A DNA stretch of 64,000 nt, from positions 12,437,705 to 12,501,704 of the forward strand of contig CM119266.1 in the NCBI GenBank assembly GCA_051294375.1. Direction: 5' to 3'. Positions 60,353 through 64,000 of the stretch are shown here, piece by piece; positions within the stretch are counted from its first letter, which is position 1; the number at the start of each line of letters is the position of its first letter. Both the position numbers and the translations under genes were made by a program. The DNA is from Paraspadella gotoi (taxonomy: Eukaryota > Animalia > Chaetognatha). Below the pieces are notes generated by a model. That model did not search any database. It was not told where the DNA came from and saw only the letters and a program-made list of their open reading frames with translations.

Positions 60353-62034
60353 AGCGTCAGAAACGAGAGAGGAAAAGGTCGAGAGAGCCAATAGTTTGTT
60401 GAGTGGCAGACTTAATTTTCCAGTGGAGGCAGAAAACGGAAAATTGAAATGGAAGGCCCATCCAGGAACCGGAATTATGTCGCCTTCGGAGGAGGGAAGA
60501 TGTGGGAGGGGTATGGAAGGAGCGGGGGGATTGTGAGGATGTGGAGGAGGGGCTAGAGATGGCTGAGGCTTCGTAGACGGGACGGTTTTGGGTTCGTAGA
60601 CAACGACAACGACAACAACGACGACAACGAAGAAGTCGGTCGACTGAGTAGGCGGTTGAAAAGTCTCTATCTGACAAAAAATGGAAGGGCGGCACGAAGA
60701 GGGTTAGTCTATAACTAAGACTCTTCCAGGAATGGCGCCGATTGTTCGGGTCATTTCGAGCTGGGTTCCGGATGTTTGTTTAAAAAATAAATGAGTCTCG
60801 GCAAGCAAAAGGGCGGGGCCCTTTCGTGGGCGCGACGAGCGGCAGCTGGAAACCCGATCAAACATCTTCGGAGCTTTACTCCCTCTATAATTTTCCGTCA
60901 CCATTAATAAGCGTGGGGATTTCGTTCTTCCCGACAATGCAAAGTGATCGAAATGATGTTTTTTCTCGGAAAAATTATGCCCATAGTACAATTAGTTGGT
61001 TTTTAGTTGGTTGTTAAATTAAACAGTAGTTATATGGAAAGAAATCGGGCAGTAGACCAATCGACTCTCCGGGCTGTGGAGGTGTTTGTGTGTTGGCGGC
61101 GGCAGAGGTGGCGGCGGCCGTCTCGGCGCGGGGACGCAGCGACACAGCAGCCACAAAATTCTGTTCCGACGTCTTATGGCTTCCGGCATCGAGAAGAGAG
61201 AGAGAGATTGGTTTCCTGAGAGACCGACGTTATTATCGTCGCCGGGTTCCGATCGTATCGGAATTGCGAGAAAGAAATATATCGAGGCGTTTATTTTCGG
61301 ACTTGAGTGGAGTAAATCGTCCTTCGTAGCAAAATGGTAACATGTATGGCGGTGATGGTCTGTGTTTCTGGTTCGAGACAGTTTTGATTTAATTAATTTA
61401 ACTTTGAAATATATAATAAGCTACTCGAGGTAAAAATACTTCGCTTTGGCTTACGGAGTATACTTAGAGTAATAAATATTTGATTTAACCTCAAGATCTC
61501 TTTGTCGTCGGTCAGAATAATTATCACGATGAGGAAACGTGACTCATCCTCTCTTCCCATCATTAATCATTATCTGGCACAAAACGAAGCGAAAAGAAAC
61601 CACGTGGACGACGACGTACCCTAAATGTCCGTCTTTCTGTCGATCCTTTGACCCTGACCCCCAATCCACCCCCCCTTCGCCGCCACAAACGATTGCAATC
61701 CCGGAGAAAAAGCAAAACGGCCATCGTTCGTAAGAATCGTCTCTCCATGCCTCATCGTTTGGCAACCTTGGCTGCGCCGGCCCTTTTACGACGTAGACCC
61801 CGATGCTCTCTTGTTTCTACGACCGCGCGATTCCGTTTCCCGCCGCTTCGCACGTTAATGGCGCTGCTTTAAACCTTTTCTTCGTCTTACATCCGGGGGA
61901 AGTGGGGGGGGGGAAGAGAGATTGAGAGAAGGATACGAGAAACGTAGAGATAATAATACGGGAGACGACGGAGACGTTCTTGTTCTCAATGTAAGAGGGC
62001 GATTCTGTTCCGGCGCCAAAATTGTTTTCTTATG
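49150..62034. repeat. Tandem duplicate of about 6.4 kb: 49150-55624 / 55650-62034
   Basis: Collinear from ttatcgcgcttc..gtcaccaaatcactc to ggcgccaaaattgttt; small-indel differences; 25-N gap at the junction. Confidence 0.93.
51029..51136 (+). other. Candidate short exon beginning with GTGAGG (copy at 57586-57680)
   Basis: tttttttttcacag| acceptor and |gtaatgg donor in both copies; frame not resolvable because the copies differ by indels. Confidence 0.4.
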
Positions 62035-62531
62035 GAGGGATGGGGAATTGTTAATCTTAAACGTCCGTTAAATTATAAATGTTTCAGACAATTGCTCTCT
62101 AGTCTAGACTTAGTGTAAGATGGAAAATTGGTCTGAGATAAGAGAAGTCTATACGTAAGGACCAAGAGGTTCAATATAAACAACTTAACTATAAAATTCG
62201 CATTTCAGTTGTATCTTACCTTTAAGAATCTTGACAAATAATCGTCTCTGACCTTACCAATCTTTGCAGGTACGTGGCACTTTATATTGTTTATTATATA
62301 AAACACTTTTTTGTAAATAAAAAGTGTCTGGGGATGCTAGTTTCGGATTCAAATTATTTCTTTCGATGCAAATTTAAAAATCTTATCAATTCTTTTTTTT
62401 TCAGTTCTCCTTGGGAAAAAAACAGCCGAAGGAGATGAATAAATATTCATGAGATCACGATAGGGAGACAAAGGAGACGGAGAGAGAGTGGGAAAGAAAT
62501 AAAAAAGAAAGAGAGAGCGAGAAGGACAGAG

Positions 62532-62589
<58 letters not shown>

Positions 62590-63070
62590 AGAGGAGAGAG
62601 AGAGAGAGAGAGAGAGTTGATTCGTAATCAGCAACAATGTACCCCAGGACTCTTTTTTATTTTGTCATTGAAAAGTGAACGTTGCGAATCCAACAAAAAA
62701 AAAAGAGAAAAAAAAATTCTAATTGAAAAACACAGAAAGAAAATAAAACAGTCGGACGTTGATCGTTATCTCGAGTTTAGTCAAATTGAGTCGAATCCAG
62801 ACAGGGAACTTTTTAAATTATCTACCATCATTAACACGATGAACCCGATTAAACCCAATTTCGATAATAGTCTTTCCTAAAAATAATTAGGGCAATTATC
62901 ACAATACACTTTGAGATATGTGAAAAAATTGATGATCGAGTCGTCCTTGACATTGGGTCATCCTCTGTGATTCTACAGTTAACCTTTTAACCCACCTCCC
63001 CCCTCACCTCGGTCACTTCCATCAAGTTCCACGTCGGCTCCACATCTTCGCTTCGATACACTTCTTTTTC

Positions 63071-63146
<76 letters not shown>

Positions 63147-63176
63147 TCGCGCGAAAAAAAAAAAACCCCGGCTCCG

Positions 63177-63190
63177 GTAACCATGGAAAC
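63177..63190. promoter_or_regulatory. Candidate X-box (RFX site) GTAACCATGGAAAC
   Basis: Fits GTHNYY-AT-RRNAAC; next to an E2F-type GCGCGAAA (63149-63156) and a (GA)n tract. Confidence 0.4.
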
Positions 63191-64000
63191 CAAGGGACCG
63201 TGAGAAGATCGTGAGACCGTGAGAGAAGATCCGATGAAACATGAACCCGAGTTCCGACGGCGGAACCATCAACGCGGCGTCCGCGATAACGAGTTGAGGG
63301 GTTTTGAGAGAGGGGGGAGTGGGGGGGGCGTGGGAGTTTGACTGTGGTTTTAGATCGCGAAGGGATCGAATTGAAACTTTGAGCAGTTCACGAGGGCACA
63401 GGGGCTTTTTTTTCACGAGGACTGGTTTCCGGAATGAGATTCACGAAGAGGGTCGGGTCTCTGTGAAGTTTGCGAAGGAAAGGTTTTTTCGGGGTGAGGA
63501 CCGAGGAGAAAGTTCACCAATGTTGTGGTTGGGTGAGGAGAACGGGACGGAATTGAGGGGGAGAACGTTGAGAAGGATTCGAGTCGTTGTGACCAAGAAA
63601 CTTAATCTACTTAAAATAGAAGATGAAGTTATGTATGTGAACATAAAGACCGGAGGCTTGATCGTTATTTCAACCCGTTTATGTACAGGGTCGGGTCCAA
63701 GTTCGAAAGTTCAACTTTATGCTACTGAGCTCGTTATCATAGTTACTTCTCAACATTTTATTTTACTTCGAAAAAGAGTCGACACAGTATTTAAGTTGCC
63801 GTAAAAGTAGTTTAAGTTAACGTCGAAAGAAAATATAAACAAACATATTCGTCTTTGAAAAAAAAAGAAGCCAGACGCTATCGGGAATTGTTTGCCGGTT
63901 CCACTTTACGGCGACTTAAAAACTAAACAACTTTCCAAACGTCGTTGTTGCTTTGAGTCCCGGTTTAAAACTCGTCCCGATCCGCGGAGGCGTTGTCATG

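Noticed and set aside
63304-63804. 166-aa + strand ORF
   Set aside because: Non-ATG start, no recognisable domain or splice signals; cannot be supported from sequence alone.

Overview
Eukaryotic, AT-rich draft sequence loaded with (AG)n, (GAC)n and (GAT)n tracts. The KCNQ sequence points to an invertebrate animal; the taxon cannot be fixed from this window. The one solid gene is a + strand, multi-exon KCNQ (Kv7) voltage-gated K+ channel. I traced it by hand from the S2-S3 linker exon (11813) through S4, S5, the pore (TVGYGD), S6, the IQ/helix A and helices B-D to a long acidic disordered tail ending at 45034. Splice phases are consistent except at the indel-damaged S4-S5 exon and one stop near 43475. 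N-terminal/S1-S2 exons were not found and probably lie upstream. About 20 kb of the window is apparent tandem duplication, and each junction is a gap of exactly 25 N between indel-rich copies, so these are most likely long-read gap-filling artefacts. Nearly all ORF-track entries are microsatellite or noise translations. I found no prokaryotic-type system and nothing I can firmly call a new biological system. The best leads are the unusual KCNQ tail and its splice/stop ambiguity, AG|GT recursive-splice-like sites, a recurrent GTCACGTGAT motif, an intronic inverted-repeat pair, an X-box, and a possible convergent minus-strand gene.
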